This document shows, piece by piece, positions 1-10,222 of a stretch of 64,000 nucleotides of DNA. The stretch is taken from positions 1-64,000 of the IMG/VR virus record IMGVR_UViG_3300008108_000067; one strand, given 5' to 3'. A model generated the notes under the pieces. That model ran no database searches. It saw only the letters and a list, made by a program, of their open reading frames with translations, and was not told the origin of the DNA. This DNA comes from a virus. The translations under genes and the position numbers were made by a program. Position 1 is the stretch's first letter, and each line of letters starts with the position of its first letter.

Positions 1-1463
1 AAGGTACTTTGTGAAATAAAACTAATAGAGGATGACCCTTGTACCACCAAGTTTTGACTAATAAATAATGAACCCGTGATGGTTTGATTTGCTGTAAATG
101 TGTTCGACCCCGTAGTTGCTAATGCACCAATACCCGTAGTGTTTTGTACAACAATTTGTGCGGAACTAGTTACCCACCCAGGATATTGTAATGACGATGA
201 AACGGTACCACCAGGAAGTAATGGTTGGACTTGTGCGGAGGAAGAAACAACACCCGATAATTTATTGGTGATACTATTATAATCAATTTGACTTGATGCG
301 GTGACCCATCCTGGGTATTGTGATGATGCAGAAACAACACCCGGGGATAAAATTGATCCTGTGTGTGGTCCGATAAATGATGATGCGGAAGCAGCACCTT
401 GTACATGTAACAATGCACCAGGTGTAATAGTTCCAATACCGACACCAGTTGCGTTAGAATAGATAACTTGACCATTACTTCCCAACTTAATAGCACCAAC
501 CGTACTATCTTGCACACCATACACGCCTAATGTATTTGCTACGTTTACATCGTGTAATGCCGAATCATCACCACCTTGTAAAAATTTTGCATTATTTGTA
601 CTAATTGCTAATACTGTTCCATCGTAGGTGAGGGTAGATTCTGCGTTTATTCCCCCCGCACCCGTTGATGTTATTACACGATTATCGGTTGCATTTGTAT
701 ATGAGGAAACAGCAGAAGCTGCTGCTTGTAAGTTTGTTCCCGCTGCTCCGGAGCCGGAAGTCACATCTACGAAGAATCCACGAGCACTACCACCTTGTTC
801 AAAAAATCGTAATTTATTTTGAAAAATGTCAATGGTTACACCAGTACCCGCTATTGTACTATTAGTTTGTGGTTTTGCTAGTAAAATTTCTCCACCTTCA
901 TCACCAATTGAATTATTTGATATGAGGTTGGCACCCGCAGCTATATTACCCGATGCACTAACGGTTTGTAATAATGTATTAACAAATGATGCGGTTGCTG
1001 CAAATGATGCCGAAGTGCTTGTTAACGCATTGAACTGCGTCGAACTACTAATAACCCCACTTAATTTATTAGTGATGTTATTATAATCTATTTGTGATGA
1101 TGCGGTGACCCATCCTGAATATTGAGCAGAACTAGATACCGTACCACCAGGAAGTAATGGTTGAACTTGCGTAGATGCAGATACTACGCCTGAAAGTTTA
1201 TTTGTAATTAAGTTATAATCTACTTGACCAGAACTAGATACTGTTCCACCAGGAAGTAATGGTTGAACTTGTGTAGAGGAAGATACCACTCCACTCAACT
1301 TATTGGTAATATTATTATAATCTACCTGACCAGATGATGATACCGTACCCGCTGGTAAACTTGTAATAATTTGCACCGACGACGATACCACCCCACCACC
1401 CAATGCGGTAGTGGGTATACTTCCACTGCGAATAAATGTACCTGTTAATCTCGTAGCTGGCAT
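1..1463 (-). CDS. Ser/Gly/Thr-rich tail fibre-like protein, runs off the left edge
   Basis: Not in the ORF track because it is open at the edge. ATG at 1463 (MPATRLTGTFIRSGSIP...). Contains SSSxQ/IDYNNI/QVQPLLPGGTV modules and ATTGSNTF..QTITGSLFISQNLVVQGSSSISFISQSTL, shared with 5772..7604. Confidence 0.75.
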   Translation of the reverse strand, partial: MPATRLTGTFIRSGSIPTTALGGGVVSSSVQIITSLPAGTVSSSGQVDYNNITNKLSGVVSSSTQVQPLLPGGTVSSSGQVDYNLITNKLSGVVSASTQVQPLLPGGTVSSSAQYSGWVTASSQIDYNNITNKLSGVISSSTQFNALTSTSASFAATASFVNTLLQTVSASGNIAAGANLISNNSIGDEGGEILLAKPQTNSTIAGTGVTIDIFQNKLRFFEQGGSARGFFVDVTSGSGAAGTNLQAAASAVSSYTNATDNRVITSTGAGGINAESTLTYDGTVLAISTNNAKFLQGGDDSALHDVNVANTLGVYGVQDSTVGAIKLGSNGQVIYSNATGVGIGTITPGALLHVQGAASASSFIGPHTGSILSPGVVSASSQYPGWVTASSQIDYNSITNKLSGVVSSSAQVQPLLPGGTVSSSLQYPGWVTSSAQIVVQNTTGIGALATTGSNTFTANQTITGSLFISQNLVVQGSSSISFISQST

Positions 1464-1490
1464 CAGTTCATCTCGTTACAAAGGAGTTAC

Positions 1491-1500
1491 TATAAATAGT
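1491..1500 (-). promoter_or_regulatory. Putative late promoter box ACTATTTATA
   Basis: Exact TATAAATAGT on + strand, 28 nt upstream of ATG 1463. One of 7 exact copies at gene boundaries. Confidence 0.65.
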
Positions 1501-1505
1501 TTATG

Positions 1506-1952
1506 TTATATCTTTTCTGGGAATACTACGGTCCATATAGAATCGAAGGTTTGTGGTATGTCTCGTAATGCTTGACGATAAGTTGCCCATGCCGTTTTTT
1601 CTTCGTCAGTTAGAGTTGACCACCGATCAGCCATTGTGATATAATCGGTTTCTGCTAATAATTTATTTCGTTCTTCTCGAATCGGTTTCCATTCTGCTGT
1701 TATCGTTGCATTCATTTCTTCTTCGGTCTTATCTCGTTTGGTATAAGTTGCGGTTACAAACCCGTCACCAATTTCTAAGATAGGTTCATTTAATACTTCG
1801 GTACGTTCTTTAAACGTTTCGGGCATATTTTGTATTACCGGATACCATCCAAGTTTCACCAGTTCTTCTGGTGGTGTCAATTGGAATTGTGCAGGTAATA
1901 AGGTTGGTCCATCAATGATGGTGTTATCTGTTACAATGTAATATAATGACAT
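1506..1952 (-). CDS. Tail fibre assembly chaperone-like protein
   Basis: C-terminal WKPIREERNKLLAETDY...WATYRQALRDIPQ is typical of phage tail assembly chaperones; lies among fibre genes. Confidence 0.75.
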   Translation of the reverse strand: MSLYYIVTDNTIIDGPTLLPAQFQLTPPEELVKLGWYPVIQNMPETFKERTEVLNEPILEIGDGFVTATYTKRDKTEEEMNATITAEWKPIREERNKLLAETDYITMADRWSTLTDEEKTAWATYRQALRDIPQTFDSIWTVVFPEKI

Positions 1953-1987
1953 ATAAAATATCCTCTAAATTAACTTTGGTAGAGATG

Positions 1988-2368
1988 TTAGCCACAAGCA
2001 CTAACATCTCTACTAATAAACTGATAACAAGTTGCCCCAGGATCTCGAACATAGTAGTCGTAATATGTACCACAACAGTAACCAGTATATGGTATGTCGG
2101 AGCAGGGTCCGCTAAATGTTTCTCCTACTGAGTAGTCAGCGGAGCAACTTGTGTATGCACATCCAAGATTGTTTATTGAAAATCCGCAAGCACCATTCCC
2201 GGTGGTTGCTACAAACTGACCACTACCGTTACACGAACCAGCCAACACAGCGCCATTACCTGGACAATAATTTGCGGTAATTGATGCAGTAGTTGGTGAC
2301 GGGATTCCATTTTTAATATATCGTAAATCATGTCTGATATTAATTGAATATGATGGTGGTGAAATCAA
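1988..2368 (-). CDS. Cys-rich protein, possibly the frameshifted C-terminus of the RCC1-repeat protein
   Basis: TTG start with no obvious RBS; overlaps the end of 2340..4532 in the +1 frame; many Cys. Confidence 0.45.
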   Translation of the reverse strand: MISPPSYSINIRHDLRYIKNGIPSPTTASITANYCPGNGAVLAGSCNGSGQFVATTGNGACGFSINNLGCAYTSCSADYSVGETFSGPCSDIPYTGYCCGTYYDYYVRDPGATCYQFISRDVSACG

Positions 2369-4532
2369 TATAAGTCACAAATCGACTACCCGTTGCGTTA
2401 GGATAACTACTGGATACTTGTATTTCCGCATCATCTAGACTACTACTAAATTCTATATAAGCAAATCGTGGAACATCATTATTAGAACTACCCGTGAATA
2501 TTTTAAACGATAGATTGGTTGGTGCTCCAGACGCAGTAGGAAAACTAGATCCGGATATCTTTTTGCCCAGTACCAATAATGTAGGTCGATCATTTGAAGT
2601 TACATTATATACCGTACCCTTTGCAAAATTTTGCCAATTGTAAGTAGAAGATACACGAAATTTTGATCCAACAGTTTTACTATTATTCATACCCCAGTTC
2701 ATATTATTAACTTCGGACGATACATATGGTGAAACTAATTGTGCTTGTTGTGGAGTAAGAGTTAATCCTGCAATTGTACTTGCGATTGGTAATGTTGTAC
2801 CATAAGTAAGTTGTGCAGATATAGATGTCGGATGTCCCCACGCATTTAATGATCCAGTACTATCTATTTCATAAATAACTCTACCGACCATGCAAATATT
2901 TGCACTGGTTGTAATAAATGGATCTAATACAGGTGTACTCGAAGCTGATTGTAACTGGTTGGATGATACAATATTTTGTTTTCTAGTATGAATAAAATCT
3001 TGTATATATCCACCCCATCCATAGAACCGTGTACCGGCAACACCATATGATGCTTGGTATCTCAACGATCGATCAGGTCCGACTTGAAATTCAGTAGTTG
3101 CATTGGTTATAAAATCGCTGGATCCTCGTGACGGAATAACTGTTACCCAATCTGTTAATCCATTATTTTCTTGTGATGGTGTAGTTAAATTGGCGACGGT
3201 TGTGTTACCTAGTAGTGAGAATGCATTATTTCCCCATGCCCACAAGGTTCCATTATTTTTAATTGCATATGTTGTTCTGTCTGCTGCTGCAAATATTCTT
3301 GGTGACCAATTATCTCCATTTACTTGATTAAATAAATGTACGTTTGTACTACCAGTTATTCCAAGTCCCAATTGACCTCTATTATTAGCACCAGTAGCCC
3401 ATAAGGTAGTGTCTACTTTTAATGCCAATGTCATCTCATTACCACACGAAACAGCTACCCAATCCGAATCTGTTCCCACTCTCATAGGAATGCTTGCAGT
3501 TGTTATTGTTGGACCCAACCCCAATGCTCCCGATACACTAGATCCCCAAGTCCATAATGTACCATCATTGCGTATGGCCGCGGCATGTCTGAGTCCAATT
3601 GAATGTTGAACCCAGACCGAACTAGAAAATGATCCTGTACCGACTCGTGTTGGTGTTCTAGAACCACCCCCATTTACATTTGTTGATCCTGTTCCAAATA
3701 AACTTCCTGTGCTGCCCCACGCGTATAAAATTCCATCAAATGTTGTAGCGAGAACATTTGATCCATTCGTGGATGCTGATTCCCATGTTGTCAAAGCACT
3801 AACCAATTGAGGACCACCAGTACCAACCAATTGACTAGAATTTCCATTATATCCCGATGAAGTTGGTATAGCAAATGTACCGGCGTTGCCCAATGCATTT
3901 AATGATAATGGATCTACAATTGTAAATGTAATTGGAGTTAATAAACTACCACTAATAGAACCCGATACAGTGAACGATCCAGTGATTTTGTTTGGTCCTG
4001 TTACCGACGAGGTAAATATTCCACTTGCAGAATATACGGTTGGTGTATATGTACCGTCTGATCCTGTAATTGTTACTGGTTGATTTGTATTAATATTTAA
4101 TAATTTATTAAATCTATCTTTTAGTTGTACCGATAATGGTATAGTCGTACCTGATACAATTTTTCGTACTGATGCGGTGACAAACGAGTAAAACGTATTA
4201 CCGATAGCAATATTAGATCCCGTAGATAAATTTAACCATTCGTTGGCGTTTGCTGTTCTGTCTGAATTTACAAAGAGTTGACCAGAGGAACTATTTAACC
4301 ACAATGATCCCGTTGTTGTGGGATTTACTGTTAGTGTTGGGTCTGATGCCGTGACGAATACACCACCACCTCCACCGCCTCCACCACCTGCCGAAGTCAA
4401 TGCAAATGATGCGGTAGTAGCAAGTAAAGCAAACGATGCTGATGTAATGGATCCGGTAAATCCACCGATAGCGGTAATACCCACCGATGCTGTTAAACTT
4501 CCTGTTATCGCGGTAGATTGTAGTTGTGCCAT
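2340..4532 (-). CDS. RCC1/BLIP-II repeat tail-associated protein
   Basis: Repeats such as DGTLWTWGSSVSGALGLG, DTTLWATGANNRGQLGLG and NGTLWAWGNNAFSLLG; TGS-rich N-terminus with poly-Gly. Confidence 0.75.
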   Translation of the reverse strand: MAQLQSTAITGSLTASVGITAIGGFTGSITSASFALLATTASFALTSAGGGGGGGGGVFVTASDPTLTVNPTTTGSLWLNSSSGQLFVNSDRTANANEWLNLSTGSNIAIGNTFYSFVTASVRKIVSGTTIPLSVQLKDRFNKLLNINTNQPVTITGSDGTYTPTVYSASGIFTSSVTGPNKITGSFTVSGSISGSLLTPITFTIVDPLSLNALGNAGTFAIPTSSGYNGNSSQLVGTGGPQLVSALTTWESASTNGSNVLATTFDGILYAWGSTGSLFGTGSTNVNGGGSRTPTRVGTGSFSSSVWVQHSIGLRHAAAIRNDGTLWTWGSSVSGALGLGPTITTASIPMRVGTDSDWVAVSCGNEMTLALKVDTTLWATGANNRGQLGLGITGSTNVHLFNQVNGDNWSPRIFAAADRTTYAIKNNGTLWAWGNNAFSLLGNTTVANLTTPSQENNGLTDWVTVIPSRGSSDFITNATTEFQVGPDRSLRYQASYGVAGTRFYGWGGYIQDFIHTRKQNIVSSNQLQSASSTPVLDPFITTSANICMVGRVIYEIDSTGSLNAWGHPTSISAQLTYGTTLPIASTIAGLTLTPQQAQLVSPYVSSEVNNMNWGMNNSKTVGSKFRVSSTYNWQNFAKGTVYNVTSNDRPTLLVLGKKISGSSFPTASGAPTNLSFKIFTGSSNNDVPRFAYIEFSSSLDDAEIQVSSSYPNATGSRFVTYIDFTTIIFN

Positions 4533-4569
4533 ATCTTAACCTTGTTGTAAATACTTGTGTTTATACATA

Positions 4570-5685
4570 TTATTTTTGTTCAAGAATTTGTATTTTTTCT
4601 GCCATTTCCTGAATAGCTTTTAATAGCAATACGGTAAGTTTACTATATTTAACACCGATAATATTTCCTTCGGTGTCATACTTGACCAATTCAGGATAAA
4701 TTTCTTGTACTTGTTCTGCAATTAATCCGATATCTTGTTCATCATTTTCCTTCCATTCAAATCGTGATGGAGATAATTGATTAATAGTATTTAATGTGGA
4801 TTCCAACGGAATTATATTTTTCTTTAATTCTTGGGTAGAAGTTTCTACTAAGGTTTGTACGGTAGCTGTTCCTGTAATCGTGATAGATGATCCAGAAATA
4901 GAAGTTGCGGTGACTGATGATGGTGCAATATTTTGTGATGCGAGTAATGATATCACTTGCGCAGAACTAGATACCGTACCACCAGGAAGTAATGGTTGGA
5001 CTTGTACGGACGAAGAAACAACACCTGACAATTTATTGACAAGATTGTTGTAATCTATTTGAGAAGATGCGGATACTAACGTTGGTGTTCCGGTTAATCC
5101 AGAATACGGGAAGGTACCTGTGAGTGCGCCACTAACCGATCCTGTAATACCCCCAACACTTCCTGTTGGAACAACTTGTAGTGATCCTGTAATAACTGCT
5201 GACCCACTAAATGGAAATCCAGCACCAGAACCACCAGATTGTGCATTTAATGCGTAGGATGCAGTTTGCGCATAACTTGCAGACTCTATAATACCAAAAA
5301 ACGAGCCACTAAATGATCCCGTAGCGTTTTGGGTAACATTTACTAATGCTCGTACTAAAATATTTGATTGTGATGGTGGTGCTGTAACAAACGACACCGT
5401 ATTCGTTGTTACCGTATAATCTTCAATATTGGTTTGTGTTAAACCGTCAACCGATAAAAATAAGGAATTAGCATTATAACTTTGGGATAATACATAATTG
5501 GTAGTTGTACCGTTGCCAACGAATGTGTACGTATCAATATTAAGAGTTCCACTAACTGCAGCAACTGCCGCTATATTTGTCAGTTGGCTACCATCACCTT
5601 TAAAGAATGATGCCGTAACTGACCCAGATACATTGATACTTCCGCTGGATATTAGACCTTTGCGGGCTACAAATTCGTTTGCCAT
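4570..5685 (-). CDS. Tail fibre/spike protein with C-terminal intramolecular chaperone (peptidase S74-like)
   Basis: C-terminal ETSTQELKKNI...FEWK...IGLIAEQVQEIYPELV...VKYSKLTVLLLKAIQE. Confidence 0.8.
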   Translation of the reverse strand: MANEFVARKGLISSGSINVSGSVTASFFKGDGSQLTNIAAVAAVSGTLNIDTYTFVGNGTTTNYVLSQSYNANSLFLSVDGLTQTNIEDYTVTTNTVSFVTAPPSQSNILVRALVNVTQNATGSFSGSFFGIIESASYAQTASYALNAQSGGSGAGFPFSGSAVITGSLQVVPTGSVGGITGSVSGALTGTFPYSGLTGTPTLVSASSQIDYNNLVNKLSGVVSSSVQVQPLLPGGTVSSSAQVISLLASQNIAPSSVTATSISGSSITITGTATVQTLVETSTQELKKNIIPLESTLNTINQLSPSRFEWKENDEQDIGLIAEQVQEIYPELVKYDTEGNIIGVKYSKLTVLLLKAIQEMAEKIQILEQK

Positions 5686-5717
5686 ATTATCCCTTTTTCA
5701 CATTTCCAAAGGTTTTT

Positions 5718-5755
5718 AAAAAAATAGGGGTGGGTAGGATTAGTACCCATCCCCT
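5718..5755 (-). terminator. Rho-independent terminator
   Basis: Minus strand AGGGGATGGGTA-CTAATCC-TACCCACCCCT followed by ATTTTTTT, just after the stop of 5772..7604. Confidence 0.7.
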
Positions 5756-5771
5756 TACTATTAATTACTTA

Positions 5772-7604
5772 TTACAATGCTCTGATTATGGTTTTAACTG
5801 TCCACGTACCAGAACTATTAGTAAACTTCAATCGAAGAAGTCCACCAACAATATCCACTGTAAATATTGCTTGTGCAGTATTACCAATATCATTTGTTGA
5901 TACATCCGTAAATTCTACAGCTGTACCATTTTCTATCACCATTACGGTTCCTGTTCGAGAGTTTGTACCGTCCTTAACAATGTAATCAAAGAATACACCA
6001 TCACAACTTGCCGCGAGAAGTGACGCTACCACTTGATTTGATACAGGACCAACAATGTTTGTAACCATACTACCAGAATAAATTGCATTATTAATAAATG
6101 CACTGGTACTTGCACTTACGTTACCTGTTGCCGTGATTGTTGTTGCACGGACAGTAGTAATATCTGCTTGTGATGCGGTAAGATTTGTACCAACACTTAA
6201 TCCGTTAGTGATAGATACCGTAATACCGTTATCACTAATTTGTGAATCACCGATGTGTTCTGCATTGGTTGACTTAGGAATAACATTGGTTGTTAATGTT
6301 GTTTCATTTCCAATATTATTGTAAGTCTGTGGCCCCATTATCAATATGGATGATGTTGGGGTAGTTTGGTTTTGATGGATAAATATCCATTGGTCATTGG
6401 TTGAGTCAAAGAACAATGACCCACTGCGTTGTGGTGAGGAACCAGAATCAATTACTGATAATCCACCAAATCGTGTACCAGGAGTGAGTGTATTAACAGT
6501 AATAACATTGGTACCAATATTTAACGTACTTTGCGAAATAAAACTAATAGAGGATGAACCCTGTACCACTAAGTTCTGACTAATAAACAACGAACCTGTA
6601 ATGGTTTGGTCTGCTCTAAATGTATTTGACCCCGTGGTTGCGTACGAACCAGTTACATTTTTTAGTGCGTTTATTTCTGCTTGTTGGTTTGCATCAACCG
6701 TGGATAGTGACGAACTAAATGTGGAATAACCAGTAGTTTGCGTGATATTAATTTGTGATGATGCAGTTACCCAACCAGGATATTGTGCTGAACTTGATAC
6801 CGTTCCTGCTGGAATTGTTGCGTTTGTTGCAAACGAGGCTGTAACAGCAAATGATGCCGAAGTATTAGATAATGCGTTAAATTGTGTTGAACTACTAATA
6901 ACACCACTTAACTTATTTTGAATGTTGTTATAATCAATTTGACTTGACGCAGTTACCCATCCAGGATATTGTGCGGATGATGATACTGTACCACCTGGTA
7001 AATACGCTTTAACTTGACCACTACTTGAAGCGACACCCGCTAGTTGACTTTGTAATGCATAGGAACTGGTGCTCGCAATCAATGCACCAATTTGTGCTTG
7101 TTGATTCTGGTCAACAGTTGCCAACGATTGACTAAATGTTGTATAACCCGTAGTTTGTGTTATATCAATTTGTACAGAGGAGGAAACTGTACCTGCCGCG
7201 GTGACACCAGTTAAACCAGATCCATCACCTCTAAATGATCCAGTAAATGAACCAGTGAATGGACTAGTTAGACTATTAAACTGTGTTGAACTTGATACTG
7301 TTCCTGCGGGTAATAATGGTTGAACTTGTGTTGAGGATGATACTACGCCACTGAGTTTATTTTGTATTGAATTGTAATCAATTTGCGAAGATGCCGATAC
7401 TGTACCCAGTGGTAGTCCAGACGGCAGTACATAGGACGCACTTACTGCGGTACCAATAGAACCAGAAAATGATCCAGTAATTGATGATGCAATAATACTA
7501 TATCCAGTTGCATCAATTGTACCACTAACCAGTAACGATCCAGTGATTTTTGCCCCACCAGATTGGGCTATAATACCTCGTCGTGCTACAAATTCATTTG
7601 CCAT
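5772..7604 (-). CDS. Ser/Gly/Thr-rich tail fibre-like protein
   Basis: Start chosen at MANEFVARRG (ATG 7604, GGAG upstream). Shares modules with the neighbouring fibres; its C-terminal domain resembles that of 7653..8258. Confidence 0.7.
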   Translation of the reverse strand: MANEFVARRGIIAQSGGAKITGSLLVSGTIDATGYSIIASSITGSFSGSIGTAVSASYVLPSGLPLGTVSASSQIDYNSIQNKLSGVVSSSTQVQPLLPAGTVSSSTQFNSLTSPFTGSFTGSFRGDGSGLTGVTAAGTVSSSVQIDITQTTGYTTFSQSLATVDQNQQAQIGALIASTSSYALQSQLAGVASSSGQVKAYLPGGTVSSSAQYPGWVTASSQIDYNNIQNKLSGVISSSTQFNALSNTSASFAVTASFATNATIPAGTVSSSAQYPGWVTASSQINITQTTGYSTFSSSLSTVDANQQAEINALKNVTGSYATTGSNTFRADQTITGSLFISQNLVVQGSSSISFISQSTLNIGTNVITVNTLTPGTRFGGLSVIDSGSSPQRSGSLFFDSTNDQWIFIHQNQTTPTSSILIMGPQTYNNIGNETTLTTNVIPKSTNAEHIGDSQISDNGITVSITNGLSVGTNLTASQADITTVRATTITATGNVSASTSAFINNAIYSGSMVTNIVGPVSNQVVASLLAASCDGVFFDYIVKDGTNSRTGTVMVIENGTAVEFTDVSTNDIGNTAQAIFTVDIVGGLLRLKFTNSSGTWTVKTIIRAL

Positions 7605-7636
7605 CGGGTTCTCCAAACGGTGCTAAATATCTAATC

Positions 7637-7646
7637 TATAAATAGT
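7637..7646 (-). promoter_or_regulatory. Putative late promoter box ACTATTTATA
   Basis: Exact copy, 33 nt upstream of ATG 7604. Confidence 0.65.
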
Positions 7647-7652
7647 TAAATA

Positions 7653-8258
7653 CTATGATAAAGAAGGAAATAATTTAAATATACTCTGTACCGTCCACGG
7701 GTATGACCCACTTCCAGCACTTTCTACTCGTAATTTCATATAACCATTATCTTGCACCAACGAAAATCTAATATCAGATGTGTCCCCAACATCTGTACTG
7801 GATATATCGGTAACCGTACTACCCGTTCCTTGCCACGCGGACATCAACATACCGACTCGTATACCACCAGGTCTGGATGCCGCATATTCTACTGTTGCTC
7901 CAACATAACTACTGGTTGGGATGAATGGGTAGACGTATTCCGTAGCCCCAAATATTCCAGTATTAACGGACCCTGTGAATGTTAGTGAAACATTTCCAGC
8001 CTTTAATTTAAATTCATCGGATTGTACAGAATGTGGAGTAATCGTACTACCACTAATATATCCTACTATTTGAGCAGAACTGGTGGGTATTCCACCTGGT
8101 AAATTCATGTCATTTAATAATAGAATAGCTGACCCAGAACGGGTGAATAATTTTCCGTCTGCGATATTAAGTGCCAATTCACCAGGAAATAACCCAGACG
8201 CGGTGGGTACTGCTCCTGATTGACTACTAACTAGTGGTATAAAACGATTTGCTGGCAT
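7653..8258 (-). CDS. Short tail fibre/adaptor protein
   Basis: N-terminal VPTASGLFPGELALNIADGKLF resembles the N-terminal motif of T4 gp34-type fibres. Confidence 0.6.
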   Translation of the reverse strand: MPANRFIPLVSSQSGAVPTASGLFPGELALNIADGKLFTRSGSAILLLNDMNLPGGIPTSSAQIVGYISGSTITPHSVQSDEFKLKAGNVSLTFTGSVNTGIFGATEYVYPFIPTSSYVGATVEYAASRPGGIRVGMLMSAWQGTGSTVTDISSTDVGDTSDIRFSLVQDNGYMKLRVESAGSGSYPWTVQSIFKLFPSLS

Positions 8259-8312
8259 CTTTAAAACCCGACTGATTGTTGAATACGTGTTACAAAATTA
8301 TCCACTACTGTT

Positions 8313-9860
8313 TTACATTCTGCCGCGGTTACTTGTACACCAGAAAGTTCCTGTGTACACGTATATGAATGAATCACTAAAATACATTGACCCAGTTTGT
8401 GGTGTGGTGGGCGCAACTGTTGGTAATATAAAATGTGTGGCTTGAAGTGAACCAGTAACAGATACACTTCCACTCGTATACATTGACCCACTTAATTCAT
8501 GATTATTATTTGCACGTAATCGTAGCTTACCATTTCTATAAGTTTCACCACCAGCAAAAATTGTTACTGCTGCATTAGGTGTAGCAGTACCAATTATTAA
8601 ATTACTACCTGTGTGGAACAAATATCCATCGTTAGGTACATCGTGAATTTTGGAACCTACGTAGTTGGTTCCATTAATACCCATATTAATATATCCGGTT
8701 TCTTCATTACCAGTATCCGATGTTGCTACGATATCGGACGAGGCATTTTGTCCAGTACTGAAATTTCGAATATTAATTTGTAGATAATCATCAACGGTAG
8801 CGTGCGCCGAAATTAAATTATACGAACCTACATTACCCGCATAAATACCAAGTACGTCAGGTGCGTTATTATCAAAAAAGTTCGATGCACCCCAGAGTAT
8901 ACTTGATCCTGTATAATATAATGGACTATTGGTTAGTCTATATGTATCCTGCCACAATGGAATATAATTTGCAGTTCCAATTGAACTAGACACCATTCCA
9001 AGTGGTAATGCTTGTTGAACTTGTGTAGAACTGGAAATTGTTCCTGCCGGTATGGTTGCTGCACCACCGTTTGCAGCGTACGATGCAGTTAATGCATAAC
9101 TTGCACTGATTACGTTTCCAGTACCACCAACTTGTAAGGCTATGGGTGTATCATTACCAGTTTGAAATCCACCAGCAAAAATAACATCTATTGCATCTGC
9201 AACACTTGCAGTTCCTAGTAGTGATCCTGTTATACTTGGGGCTTCTACTACGTTTGACTGTACGAACCCAGCGATGAATTCATTTTGAGCAAAGATTGCA
9301 CCAGAAACAATTAAACTATTTCCAGAGGTAACTACTATGTTACCCGCATCAATTTCCAAATCACCAAATATGGTTTGATTACCATTAAATGTATTTGAAC
9401 CAAGTTTTGCTACACCAGTTAATTCACTACCATCACCTTTAAATGATCCTGTAACTGATCCCGTGATACCACCAACACTTCCCGTGCTGAGTACTTGTAG
9501 TGATCCTGTAATAACTGCTGACCCACTAAACGGAAACCCTGATCCAGCTCCAGCGTTGAGCGCATACGATGCAGTTTGTGCATAGGAAGCAGATACCGCA
9601 GTATCAATTGAACCACTAACTCCAAGTGCATAACTCGCTGTGTTTGCAAATAATGCAGATACCGCCAGCGACGGCAAAGACCCCGTTCGTTGAACTACTA
9701 ACGAACTGGGTTGTACACTTACCTTATAATCAGGTGATGTTTCAATATTAACACTAATATTTGGTACATCTACTAAAACTTTATTAGCGTCACTATTTTC
9801 TCTGACTACAACTGTTATGTCTGGTACACCTAAATTAATTGGACGTAATGATCCACTCAT
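8313..9860 (-). CDS. Tail fibre-like protein
   Basis: TASYA/TGS repeats; GFPFSGSAVITGSLQV is shared with 4570..5685. Confidence 0.7.
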   Translation of the reverse strand: MSGSLRPINLGVPDITVVVRENSDANKVLVDVPNISVNIETSPDYKVSVQPSSLVVQRTGSLPSLAVSALFANTASYALGVSGSIDTAVSASYAQTASYALNAGAGSGFPFSGSAVITGSLQVLSTGSVGGITGSVTGSFKGDGSELTGVAKLGSNTFNGNQTIFGDLEIDAGNIVVTSGNSLIVSGAIFAQNEFIAGFVQSNVVEAPSITGSLLGTASVADAIDVIFAGGFQTGNDTPIALQVGGTGNVISASYALTASYAANGGAATIPAGTISSSTQVQQALPLGMVSSSIGTANYIPLWQDTYRLTNSPLYYTGSSILWGASNFFDNNAPDVLGIYAGNVGSYNLISAHATVDDYLQINIRNFSTGQNASSDIVATSDTGNEETGYINMGINGTNYVGSKIHDVPNDGYLFHTGSNLIIGTATPNAAVTIFAGGETYRNGKLRLRANNNHELSGSMYTSGSVSVTGSLQATHFILPTVAPTTPQTGSMYFSDSFIYVYTGTFWCTSNRGRM

Positions 9861-9863
9861 TAA

Positions 9864-10211
9864 TTATCTCGTAGCTGTGGGGCGGACAGTCAATGCTCCT
9901 TCTAGGATTCTTCGTTTTATTGGACTAACTGACCCACTTACCATATTTACATCATACACATATTTTCTTTGTGTTAATGCTAATGTTTGATCGGGAGTTA
10001 ACTCTACAATAATTGAGCCAGAATTTAATGGTGCTAGTTTTGTAATATTAAATGTAGCAGCAACTTCATCGGTGGTATAATTTTCTCTAACTTGACCACT
10101 AAATACATAATCTGTTATATTAAGTGGGATACTTCCACTATCGCTGATAATCGTTGCTGCGATACGAAATGTTTCACCTTGACCTACATTGAATTCGGTA
10201 AGTTCTGCCAT
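9864..10211 (-). CDS. Small Ig-like tail/fibre adaptor protein
   Basis: QGETF...LNITDY...QVR...KYVYDV...RILEG pattern, common ahead of fibre genes. Confidence 0.5.
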   Translation of the reverse strand: MAELTEFNVGQGETFRIAATIISDSGSIPLNITDYVFSGQVRENYTTDEVAATFNITKLAPLNSGSIIVELTPDQTLALTQRKYVYDVNMVSGSVSPIKRRILEGALTVRPTATR

Positions 10212-10222
10212 AGCTTATACCC

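Noticed and set aside
4360-4392. CCA/CCT-type microsatellites (also around 50405-50450) as contingency loci
   Set aside because: They encode poly-Gly and poly-Pro linkers with mixed codons and keep the frame.
1-9860. Repeats as a CRISPR array or a diversity-generating retroelement template/variable pair
   Set aside because: The repeats are in-frame coding modules without regular spacers; differences are not adenine-specific by eye and no reverse transcriptase is in the window.
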